Shown: positions 51,577 to 63,342 of the stretch, in pieces
Layout of the letters: every line of letters begins with the position of its first letter
Numbering within the stretch: position 1 is the first letter of the stretch
DNA from: Oopsacas minuta
Taxonomy: Eukaryota; Animalia; Porifera
Length of the DNA: 64,000 nucleotides
Direction of reading: 5' to 3'
NCBI GenBank assembly: GCA_024704765.1
Contig: JAKMXF010000020.1
Span: 1 to 64,000 of the forward strand
Notes under the pieces: generated by a model
What the model saw: only the letters and a program-made list of their open reading frames with translations
The model's database searches: none
Told to the model about the DNA's origin: nothing
Made by a program: the position numbers and the translations under genes

Positions 51577-53690
51577 CAGTGGCGTTGCCAGGAATAGTTG
51601 GAAGGGGGGGGCAATTAAAATTATTTATTACACTAAACATAACAAATAACCTAATTACCAATATATTATATTACGTGTATCAATTTATTTTTAATGAATA
51701 TACTATGAATGATGTCTATAGAAATCTAATCAACACAGCACATACTAAGATAATTGTGATCTCCTATCTGCCATGGATACAAACTTAGAAATGAGGTCTT
51801 CATTATCTAGAGAAAGCAGAATTTCTTTCTCTATTGAGCAAAACATCAATGATTCTAGACGATCTTCCACATTGTAGACCGTAACTTAGTTTTAATCAAC
51901 AACAATTTAGAAAAACTTCTTTCTGCATGGGCTGTAGTCACTGGGAGTGTGTATAATATTCGATACATGTAGCAGAGTTCTGTGTATGAATGAGGTAATT
52001 CGTTATAAACATCAAGTAAAGGAGTGTCTTGTTTTATAAAATACCTTGCTAGGTTCCATTCAGCTATAAAACGGTCTGGAGATATATTTTCGTATTGATG
52101 AACAAGTTTTAGAAGATTTTCCTCTGCGTCAATTGCTTCAAAATTCCTTGGATCCAAAATGCAAAATTAATTAATTGATTGGGGAAGCGAGAATTAATCT
52201 CAGAAATCATACTATCGACCAATGCTTCTAAAAGTTTAACTCACAAATTATCTTTGGTGAAAATATTATTCCTGTATAAGGATTATTATCAACTCTGCAA
52301 GAAACTCTTCTTGAGCGTTGAGTGCTAAATTCAGTATTGAGGCCTAACTTCATCGCGAAATTCTGTGCTTTACTAAACGCATCTAACCAGACGTTTTCAG
52401 TACATAATCTCTGTAGTTCAATTTTTAAAACATGGATCTGTTTGTTTGCCCTTAATAGGTCTATTTGACAACTCTACAATGTTTCACTTATTATATTGAT
52501 AGCTAAAAGGATAGGAGTAACTGTCACAAGAGAAATTACAATGTTGAAAGTAGATATACTCGCTAAAAGGCCAGTAGCTGTACCTCTAGAATTACCATCT
52601 GTAGTAGTAGCACAAATATGTTCAATTGTATCCAAAACTGATTTGAATACAACTTCATTTAGTAATCGTTGACAAGAAGACGCCCTGCAATTCCACCTTG
52701 TGTCGGATAGGCCAACTAAGTGTAAAGGACGTTGATCAGATTGTATCTCTCTCTGTCTCTCAATAAAATAACTATGTCGCTGCGCACTACCTTCAATAAA
52801 TGTGTATGCTAATTCCAGTATTCCAAAGAATTTACTTGCTTCAATGTTTCTATGATTACAAACAGAATTCACTAACATTCGAATCAGACTATGGGAATAA
52901 CAATGAGTGAATAGTGCTAGTGGATTTAACTCGCGAATTCTTGCTTGTACACCTTTGTGAATCCCGGACATGTTGCTTCCTCCGTCATAACTTTGGCCAA
53001 CTATGTCTTCAACTTGTAATCCAAGACTATTTAGTTTTTTAATTAGAATATTTGTAATTTCTTCTCCAGTAGTAATAGGATGTTCTAATAAAGCAGCAAA
53101 ACTCTCTGAAATTTTGCCATTTAAAGGGTTCACATATCTGACAATGACAGCAAGCTGTTCTTTATGGGATACCTCAGTTGTTTCATCCATCAACACTGCA
53201 ATAATACCTGCCTCTTTAATGTAACCAATAATTTTACTTCTGATTTCATTCCCAATAATCGAAATAATTTCATTCTGAATTTGTGGACTAAGGTACATTT
53301 GATTCTTACTTGAGTTTGTTAAGTACTCATTCAAGACATCATCTCCAATGTTTGCCAAAAAGTGTACAAATTCAATATATACACCTCTATTATTTGAGAT
53401 AATACTTTCATCGTGACCACGAAAAGGTAACGAAAGCTTCCCTAAAAGCTTCACAATACTGAATAACTCTCCGATCATTTTCTGTTTCGAATTATAGCGT
53501 GTGATCGATTTGTTTGTTGTTGAGCAACTTCATTTGATATTAGTGTATCATTCGGCTTAGAGCACATGAAGTTAAATACTATCTTTCAAAATCAGAGTGA
53601 GTTTTACTTTGTTCATGTGAATGAAATCCACGATCTTTTTCCAAAGCTTTTTTCCAATTGTCGAAACCGGTTTCTGAAAATGCCTTGTCT
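51577..53690 (-). mobile_element. hAT (ZMYM1/ZNF862-like) transposase pseudogene with one terminus
   Basis: AFSETGFDNWKKALEK (TTF-like), LPFRGHDE, AVLMDETTEVSHKEQL, GQSYDGGSNMSG, FTHCYSHSL, LSDTRW, TLPVTTAHAERSFSKL; stop at 51745. Terminus cagtggcgttgcc at 51577; the other end is absent. Confidence 0.88.
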
Positions 53691-56600
53691 GAGGAGGCGT
53701 ATTATAATTAGCAGTTTCAGCTAAACACAGATCGTATTCATTGTCATCCTCTAACAATCCTCGCTAAGGCTGCATCCTTAATTGTATTACAAATGGTGCC
53801 GTCAGGAAGAGTACGCGTATCCTGAAAGCTAGTACAACCATTAACATGGTTCAATAACATTCTCATATAGAACCTCTTTCGCTCACTTGGATGAAGTGGA
53901 TGCACTCGGCCAAATGTTGTACCAAACCCTTTCACCCACTCCTTCTATTCTCACTTAGTTATATCCCACACAAAGTGTTTGAAAAAATTTACAAAGAAAT
54001 ATTCTCTGGCAGATGGAAACTTTTGGTTTGCCAAGAACCACCACATTAATGTAGAATGTCCCAAGTTTACTACCACAGCATTGATATCAGCAGTTGCCTT
54101 GAACTCAACACTCTGCCTATTCTCCAGATGAAGAGCTATCCTAACAACGTGTGGCAAATTAGCATGGAGTTCAAATGAGAATCTTCTATAGCAGGCTTCA
54201 AATACAGAAACATATCTAGCTTCCTTATAGTTATATATTTCATTATTCTCTCCGGATTTATCACTAGTTTTACCGGAACGGATCTTAATGCTGGCTCTAT
54301 CGTGACCTTTATAGACGTGCTTATAGAGGTACTTAATTGACAATACTGTGGTACAGATTTCAACGTTGATATGTGTATTTAACTTGAATAACAGGTACGG
54401 ATTGTAAAGTACAACCCATCTATTATCTAGATTAATACCACCTAGCTCTACAGTACGTGAATTATCTCAAGTCGATACAATGGATAACTATCCTTGGTAG
54501 TTGTTGCAAAGGCGGAGAATAATGGATATAATTAGCAGATGAACCTTTACACATGTAAGGAGCAGTTCCTTTTTGCTATTCCACACGGCCCATGGATTAT
54601 AAAACGCTATATAATGCCTTACAATCTTGGCTGGACCTCAGGATCAGGTAATTCAGCGCAAACAATCTTATGATAATCAGAGGGCTCACGTGGTTTGCAA
54701 TCACCAGCTAACATAATTCAAATGTGAGCATGAGGTAACCCACGCTTCTGAAATTCAATAGTAGAGACTTGTGCAACGAGTCTACCAAGGATATGTGTTT
54801 TTAAGGATATCGCTAAGCAGTTCCTGTAATTTTAATCGAAACACTAGCACAATTTAATTAGGTCGATCGGTAGCTTTTTGACCAATCAAAAGACTATTAG
54901 TTATTTCAGACCAAAGGGGATTACAGGTAAACATGACAAATAAATCAAGTTTTCCATACCTCCGTACAATTTTCATTGCGTCCTGATTAAGTTGGAACAC
55001 GTGCATCGGAGAGCCAATGTAACTCAAGGGAAGAATTATCTTTTGTCCAAACTCTTCAGCGTTAGCATCTCCTCTAGCAAGAGCATCAGCTAATCCACTG
55101 TATTGATCTACTCGGATCTGTTGCTGATGTAAATTTATATAGTTAAGTCTCCGTTGCTCAATTTTCGCATACATGTCTACGATGTATTCTTGAAACAGCC
55201 TGCCAGAGAGGTGTAAGTGATTTAATCCACTTCTGACCATCAGTTGATAGCAATTGAAGTCTGATGCTGTGACAGTACCTCTACCTTTGCTATTAGGGAT
55301 ATGAATATGTCATCCATCACTGCTTAAGGGGAATAGCAATACATAATGAAGTGAATCATAAGAATGGTGTAATTCCGTTATGTTTTTGATTCCACCATGT
55401 CTTGCATACAGAACAATTTCTCTGTTGACCACTGTTTGTGAATAACCATCTCCAGGAAGCAATATGGCAATCTCAGGAGGAGAAGGGGCAGTGCATTTCG
55501 TGGATCTCCAATACCACCTTCTAGGATAGTGAACTTTATATCCATTGCATTCATGCTACGCATATGATCTATAGCATGTCTGAAGTAAGAAAAATATGGG
55601 TTGACCTCGTGTAACATCCGTTGTAATCCCTTCAATTCAGAGAGACAGGTTACGCCCATGTTTCTCTGAGGGTTTTCTAACTCAACTTCTGGAGTCCAGC
55701 GTGGATAAATATTAGAGCGAATTTAGGCGGCTCTCCGACTTCGGGGATTAATCTACCAATTGAATGGTGTACTACCCCATGTATACAGAACGTATAGACA
55801 CCAAGCTTAGCGTTGGCCAGTTCGTTATCAACGTTAGCTCTGAGATAACAAAACACAAGACTTGTATTATAGGCACTATATTACTCCTGAATTCGCTAGC
55901 TATTTTACCAGTAGCTGTGAGTATGTGAGTCAGCAGCTCAAGCGGTGTATCTGAATGGGGTAAGACAACCTTCCCCTCCCCACAACAAAAGGAGAACTTA
56001 ATACATACCTCAGTGCTAGCAAATAGTTTTTCACTTTCCTAAAACGTTGCATCGCATAAATTACAGCAAAAGGACATGTAACCGAGTGAATGTTGAGATA
56101 AGATGGTATCACTAACCTCACATGTAAATTGCGATCGAGCTAAGTTCAGAAATCTCTTAGAAGTTAATGACATACTTTTAGCATATAACTCAACCCAGAC
56201 TTCAGACGAACATTGTGCTCGTGCACAGACTCTTTGCTTCTGAGATTCGCTTGAAGAGCTCGCTGATACTCTAATCGCTGAAAGGTCTCGGAATCAGATT
56301 GAGAATCTCTCAAAATAGCTTGTCTGTCCCTTTGTTGTCAAAGACGCTCTAATCTTTCTTCCTGAGATTCGTATTGGCGAAGTAAACGCCTACCCTCAGC
56401 TTCAGACATAGCTGGTTTACGGCAGGACAATCCTGGTTCTTGTTCATACATATCTTTTCCAAATATCAATACAGAAATTCGTATTATAATAAGTTTGATA
56501 AGTGTATTGCATATATAGTAATTAATTAAGCATAAATACGCATACTGGTATTCACTGTAGAATTGAAAGTATTAGCGGGACTGTCTTCAGTAGCCTAGAA

Positions 56601-57085
56601 TACTAAATACAGTTTCTACTGTCATCTAAAACAAAAATTAGCGTGATGAATACATTTCTCAAGAAAAACTACTTAAAGTTTCCTAAACAGATTGTTGATT
56701 AATTGTAGTAACAATATAGGTTGTTTACTGTATATTCATAAAACCAACCATAAATTTACAGATGAAAAACTTGAAAATCGGATTCAGCCTACTTAGTTAC
56801 ACCTGGGAGGCGTTTAGAGCAAGGCTGTACGTAGAATTTTAGATTTGGCTAATTTGTTTACTTTATATTCATAAAAACAACAATACATGTCCATATCATT
56901 AATCCAAAAGTGTGAAAATCGGATTCAGCATGTTCGATATATTTAGTGAAGTTTTATTGAATTCTATATACTTCCTTGATAAACACGATAAATACATAGT
57001 TATGTGACAATTTCCAAATTGCATAACGTAAATCCTTTCCTTGACAACGGACAAACAAACAATCGTTGAGATTTAATAATATAGA
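53690..57085 (-). mobile_element. Helitron: 5' end plus degraded Rep domain; helicase and 3' end missing
   Basis: 5' A|TC terminus with (GTTT)n at 57085. Contains CCGEGKVVLP, RYGKLDLFVMFTCNP, EFQKRGLPHAH (HUH), SIKYLYKHVYKGHDRA, ARYVSVFEAC, RFYMRMLL. Many stops and frameshifts. Confidence 0.9.
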
Positions 57086-59682
57086 TTTGGGGCAGATTAT
57101 TCGATTCATTACATCAGCGATTGGCAACTTGGGATCCACTAAAACTTAAAATGTATACAAGAATATGTGAGGGATACACAAAATATAACAAAAGTGACAT
57201 TATGATATGACAGATTATTTCATAGGATTAGTGTGACTACAAGGAGCTGGAAATTGAACAGCAACAATTAATATTACGAAACTACTTACCTTTAGGTTGA
57301 GTAAAGACAATAAATATTTAGAGATATCTTTAGTAGAGTAAAATAGAATAATAGTACCGGAAATAATATAAAATCAAAATACCATCAAGTTATATAATTA
57401 ATGATATACGTAATGTGATGCTACTGTATTCTCTTGTACATATTCTGAAATTTATGTGTTCTCAATTTATGGCCCAGATTATTGCAGAACCGCAACTAAA
57501 CGGAACTAAACAAGCCAATTGAACCACAATTCCGTGAGAGGAGCAGAACGAACGCTTGATAACTACAATATCAAATTAAATAGACCAAACGAACTGAACA
57601 GGTATCTAGTTGAGTCGAACGGAATGCTCTGTTTCAGTTACTTATTGACCCTGTCATTCCTTCGAATGGAAATTCAAACTAAGAACATTCAATGTTGCCA
57701 TTTGTCGAATTGTAAAGATTTCCATAGGAACAGTTGAATTTTGAAGGAATTTGAAATAATATGGAGTTACTAGTCATGGTTGATGACTGTTATATTCTGA
57801 GGCCTTTCTCATCGTCCCAAATATTACAATACTTGCTCCTCACAATCTGTAGGAATCCATCAACCTCTTTAACGATGAAACTTCTATCTTCATCGTCTGT
57901 ATACTGTGCCTCTGCATTCAGGTTAAATCTGCCATCGATTTTCCTAAACTTTGATATAAGAATCCTCCCATGAGGGTAGGAATAAATACATAATCATTTG
58001 ACCAAATAATTTGTGAAGTGCCATGTCTATCCGTCTGCCAGTACATTCTTAATGGTGTTACTGCAATTGTTGACTACGTGAAAATTATGTTGCTGTCCCG
58101 TTTAATAACTCTAGCTGGCCAAAGATCCTGCAATAACATTCTCTCCTTTATACTCCTTTTACGCTTAAAATCCGAGAGGAGCTCATTAGGCCAGGCTAAT
58201 GTACAAATTCCCAGGTGTTAGAATTTAGATTATTCACAGTGGACCCATCTATATTTCAACAAATGCCCATAATGTGTAGTTGTTATATTATTCAAATAGA
58301 ATTTTATAACTAGAGACATGTTTGGGATTTTGGAAGTGCAAGAAAAGTGCAGTACACTGTACACGTACATTAACGGACCGTGCTTAACAAAATGTGGTAG
58401 AAATGACATAGTGGGACTACTGGTGAAAATTGTTAGACCTTAGATTATTGTGCAGAATCGTGATGATGTAGTTACAAGGAGCTGAAAATGTAATCAAGAA
58501 ACTAACAAATCTACTCAACTTTAGCTTGTATTAAAAAGCCCAATAAGTATTTAGAGATTATACGAATTTCCCTTGCTATTACGCGAGCTTGCTATGAGAG
58601 GAAGTATTTATAAAAATATTAGTCTCTGAAGATCTTTTGAGGACACAAACCATTCATAGATTGATGGAATTTACAGAACATAGGTTTTAGTATTACAGCA
58701 CTAGAGAGAATAAGACAGTTACTTGAGAAAATTGTCATATAAGTAGGAAATTCAGTTAAGACCATGGGACAAACATTCAGAATTATAGAAACTCGTTCAA
58801 TTGTATCTAAACTGGAAGAAACCCTGGTCCTGAGTATTATACAAATGTATCAAAAATTTGAGCATTTTTAATATTACCCTATTTATATATGAGAAACTTG
58901 AAAATGTTAAATTCAGAATCAGCGTACTCAAATACCCATATATAGCTGTGAAGAACAAGTATCTACGTATATTTTGATATTTCAATTATTTGTTCACTTT
59001 ATATTCATAAAACAATAATAAATTTACAAATGCGAAATTCGGATTCAGCGTACTTGATTACAGGCCCGGTCCTTGAGTTGGGTTCTAAATCCGCCGCCCT
59101 AGGCAAATTGGAAGCCGTGCTGCCCTCCAAATTTTCGAATACATGTCCTAAAAATACTAATTTGAAAAAAACTAAATGAAGTGTAGGTAGTAAGTTATAA
59201 CAGTAACTTAAGTATCAAAATTTAATTTTCTAGCATTAGTTTTAGCAAATTCAGTCACTAGTTTCTTAAGATCTAGCTTTTGCGCTATTTCATTTTCAAC
59301 AGATATTGTTGACAAGCCCACAAGTCTTTCCTGTCTCATTGAAGAACGAATATATGTTTTTATCAGTTTCAGGTTCGAAAAATTTCTCTCACCACCTGCA
59401 ACAGAAACTGGGAGTGTTAACAGGATATGTAGAGCGATAAAAGTATTTGTAAAATTAACAACAAAAGAGGTCAGGTTGGAACCAGCCCTTATTTGGGCAG
59501 GCCGCGCACCCAGGGGTGAGTGATATTCGGGATATATTTATGAGGGGGCGGGAAAATGGCCATATCAGATGCTATCTCCATGTTCATAATACATTAGGTT
59601 GGACGAAATTTCAACTATGCATACTTAGGATGTGGGATGCCTAACTCTAGATGAAGTCCTGATTGGTAACTGATAAACTGAG

Positions 59683-62677
59683 CACAGTGGCACGGCATGT
59701 GGAAATAGGTGAAAAAAATATAACCTCAAATTGCTTTATAGTGTTGATATTTGAATTCAGCACCCCCACAAACCTCGGAAAACATTTGACATCTCTACAA
59801 TAGACTTTCCATTTAGCTCCTACGTCTATTCCAATGAGAGCATAATTGAAATTCGAAAGATTGATTTACGGTTTCAATTTCGGTCATGATGTAATTTTGA
59901 ATAATATGGATTCTCCACGTCAAATAACTGCTATTTATAGTATACCAATCGAAAGCTCTTATGTTGCTGAATAATAAATCACGTTAATCTTGGCTCCAAT
60001 GAACAGATGGAATTTACTATTCTCATTTTAAACAAGCTTGTTCGTACAAGTACAATAAATAGAAACACGTTTCATTAAAACTCTAGTACTTTTTTTGCCT
60101 TCACTTGCGGAACTTTCCATTGCACTTTCCTAATAGCTCTTTTCGTCCTCTACAAAATACACTTTAAATTATGGTGTCAGGAAGTGTCAACGATATTTTT
60201 TTTTGCGATTTTAAATATAATCCATTCACAATTATCTAATTTTTGGCCCATATAAATCATAAATAATTGTTGTGGTTGTTTATTAGCACATTTTTCATTA
60301 TGAATAACGAAGATGCATACACGTTCTTAACTGCACAAAAGAATAAAACAATCACTTCTCTCGCGTCCTCGTTTATTGTCCTCAATAATTTGGAAGAAAC
60401 AGAGCATGATACAGTTCGGAGAAAATTTTCGACCCTCAGAGAAGATAGGAGAGAATACCTGAAACGAGCCGATATAACTACTTGGAATGCGATACCTTTT
60501 CATACACCACTTAAACACCCGAGATTGAGTACAGGTTATCAATGCTCAGATGAAGTCATGGTGATAGGGAGTGTTTCTTCTAGCCAATCAACCTCTGTTT
60601 TCGAAGAAGATTTTAGTAAGCCCACCCGTAAGCCTCTGAGGGAATTATCAACTAAAGGTCTTCGCAGCCGATTGTCCTCCTTACTAACACATCTTGAAAA
60701 GGTTGCTGTACAAGAGAATGTTTCCAGTAAAGAACTATCCTGTTACCTGATGATGCTATGTTCACAGACTGAATACGACTTTACTACTACCAAGTTCTGT
60801 AAAGAAATTATTGCTAAGGGAAGCTTCGGTCCAGTCTGCAATAAACTAACCTGCGATAAAGCTGCGTTCTTGATGGATTCTTTAGAAATTGGAAAGAAGA
60901 AATACATCGATTTAAGACGTTTCTTGCTTTCAGATGTCCAGCTTCCAGGTTACAATCGATTAGCTACCTATCGATCTCAAATTTGCTTGACTAATGACAT
61001 CTTTTCAGTTGATCGAGAACATCGGGTAGGCATTGCTGTATCTTACAAAAAGCTTCTGACTCGTACAGTAAACAGAATATTGACTGCTTCTGCCAATGAA
61101 ATTCCCAGCGCCAGCAATCCTAAAAGGATACGAATTTCAGATGGACTTGACGGTTCTGGCTCTCACCGGGTTTATCAGCAAGCGACTCACCCCAATATTT
61201 CAACAAAAAGTTTTATTTTATTCGGGTTTAAGGTGATTTCCATATCCGACACCGATAACAAACTGATTTGGAAAAACCCTCTACCAAATTCTCCTTTCTC
61301 AATTAGACCCGTTGCGATACTAGCTCTACAGGAGAACGAAGACAATATTCGATATCTTATGGATACACTAATCAATAAGGAGTCCACAGAGATAACGGAA
61401 AAGGGTTTAGAACTAACAAGCGGATTTTGTGAAGTTGAAATTCAACGTTCACAATTGGATGGCAAAATGGCTAAGATTATTAGTGGAGCTGGGGTGCATG
61501 TTGCCAGTTCTGCACAGCGACATTCAAACAAATCCATGATCCGGATATCGTAAAAGACGGTTTTCCAATTAATCGATCCATCACAGACCTGAAAGTATTA
61601 TTTGATGAAGTTAACGAAGAGGAGTTTCTATCATTATCTTCTGACAACAGATTCAACGTTACACACAGACCAATATCTGACTTAGAAATCATACCCAGTT
61701 CGCCTTTGCATGCATATCTCCGATGTTTTGGCTGGTTTTTACATCTAATTAGCCATTTGCACGCAGGAGTATTTAAGTGGTCACCAACTTCTAAGAGAGT
61801 CTCAGATGCTAAAACTTTCGTTACAAGTTTAATTAAAGACAATCTCAATATTATTATTGACATCCCTTCAACACAAGGTGGCAACGACTACTGGTAATGT
61901 GGTAAGACGATGCTTGATAAGAAAGGATGACAACGATCAAGATTTCCTCTACTGGGTTTTGACAGTGATCCCGTCTGAGTTCAAGTCCCACATAATTGAA
62001 ATTCACACATGCCTAGGAGCAATCCTACGCGTCTATAATAGCAGCAGAAGAGTGGATACAGAAGAACTAGCGCTTGTTTGCAGTAATATCTACCAGTCAA
62101 TTCTCTGTGCATTTCCTTGGGCTAATGTTTCCCCGACGTTACACAAACTGTTGGCACATGCATCGGAAATCATCTCAACGTTTAATGATGGACATGGGCT
62201 AGAGAACTTATCTGAAGAAGGACTAGAGGCTTCTAACAAATATATTCGGAGATACAGAGATCGTCTTGCTCGCAAGTTTTCATTTGAAGAAAATTTAAAG
62301 GATGTATTTGTTCGATTGATTTCTCACAGTGATCCCATGCTGTTAATGAATCGCAAGTTTTCTATTCCAAGGCCTCCATCTAGCCAAGGACTTAGAAGTA
62401 GCCAAGATATTTTAGTGAACACCCTTATTCGTGATCATGAAGATTATAATGATGATTAAAAGTAAACCTCTCAATCGATTAATAGAAAATTGGGGAATTT
62501 TCACACCTCAGATAGGTGACAATGACGTCATAACTTTGTCACCTGAAGGGATAGAGAAAAATGAGTATCCCATTCGATTCGTTGGGCTCGAAAACCTATA
62601 TGACAATAATACATTTTGAGGACCTATGTGCCATCAAAATGCCTATTTCCACATTCTGACCATTTCGTGCCACTGTG
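59683..62677 (+). mobile_element. Complete RAG1-like/Transib transposon (2995 bp) with RSS-heptamer TIRs and 5-bp TSD
   Basis: CTGAG|CACAGTG at 59678-59689 and CACTGTG|CTGAG at 62671-62682. Shared internal TIR block ATGTGGAAATAGG. Encodes a RAG1-type transposase. Confidence 0.95.
60300..62459 (+). pseudogene. RAG1-like DDE transposase (~719 aa), two compensating frameshifts
   Basis: NBD-like PTRKPLRELSTKGLRSRLSSLLTHLEKVAVQE; GLDGSG (D1, ~61149); LDGK (D2, 61458); CQFC (61503-61514, shifted frame); PLHA; TTTGNVVRR; LHKLLAH (Zn His pair); SEEGLEASNK (catalytic E); HSDP. Shifts at ~61491-61494 and ~61876-61885. Confidence 0.93.
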
Positions 62678-63342
62678 CTGAGGAAGTTACGGCCCTGATA
62701 AATTCTTAAAACAAACAAAACATTGAGTACTCGGAATTTACGAGGAAAGAATATTTAGAGAATTGGCTCATTTAAGTTTACGGATTATAATATGAAATTG
62801 GGTGAAAAATAAGTCTAATTGATGTGTGTTTTGGATTATGGGTGAGGGATAATCAGAGGATGAGCATTTTCAATTTACAGAATCAAGTGATGGTTGTGTG
62901 TACTTCAATTGTTAACTCAGATTACAAATATGCCGTCCACTAAATTGTGCTGCCCTAGGCGACTGCCTAGTTCGCCTAGTGGAAGGACCGGCCCTGCTGA
63001 TTACTCATATATGTCTCTGTTGGCCCCATGATACCATGTTGAAATCTAATCTCTAGCATTCTTTTGAATTTTACATAGATATGTATGGAAATATGATTAA
63101 TTGCTTAGGGGCGTGAAAATATACATGGCAGAAATGTTCAAATGTCAGGTGCACAACTAGATGTCACTATGATACATGTCAAATTTCGAGTCTCAATCTC
63201 CATAGGTGTGAACAGGAGAGCGAACACATATCTATACGTATATGTATTTACCGACTTGCTAAGAAAGTCAACCATTTAGAACTGTGCCACTATATTATAG
63301 TATAGTATAGTGGTACAGTATAAAAGTAAAATATGACTAATC

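Larger units (their letters stand above)
59061..62996 (-). mobile_element. hAT deletion derivative hosting the RAG1-like element
   Basis: TIRs caggcccggtcctt / aaggaccggccctg. Flanks cttgatta / ctgatta (8-bp TSD with a 1-nt deletion). hAT dimerisation-domain remnant LTLPVSVAGGERNFSNLKLIKTYIRSSM on the minus strand at ~59270-59460. Confidence 0.8.

Noticed and set aside
59683-59725. Canonical 12/23 RSS with nonamer in the RAG1-like TIRs
   Set aside because: No ACAAAAACC at 12 or 23 bp on either end. The left end has only an A-run at ~21-29 bp that is not mirrored on the right.
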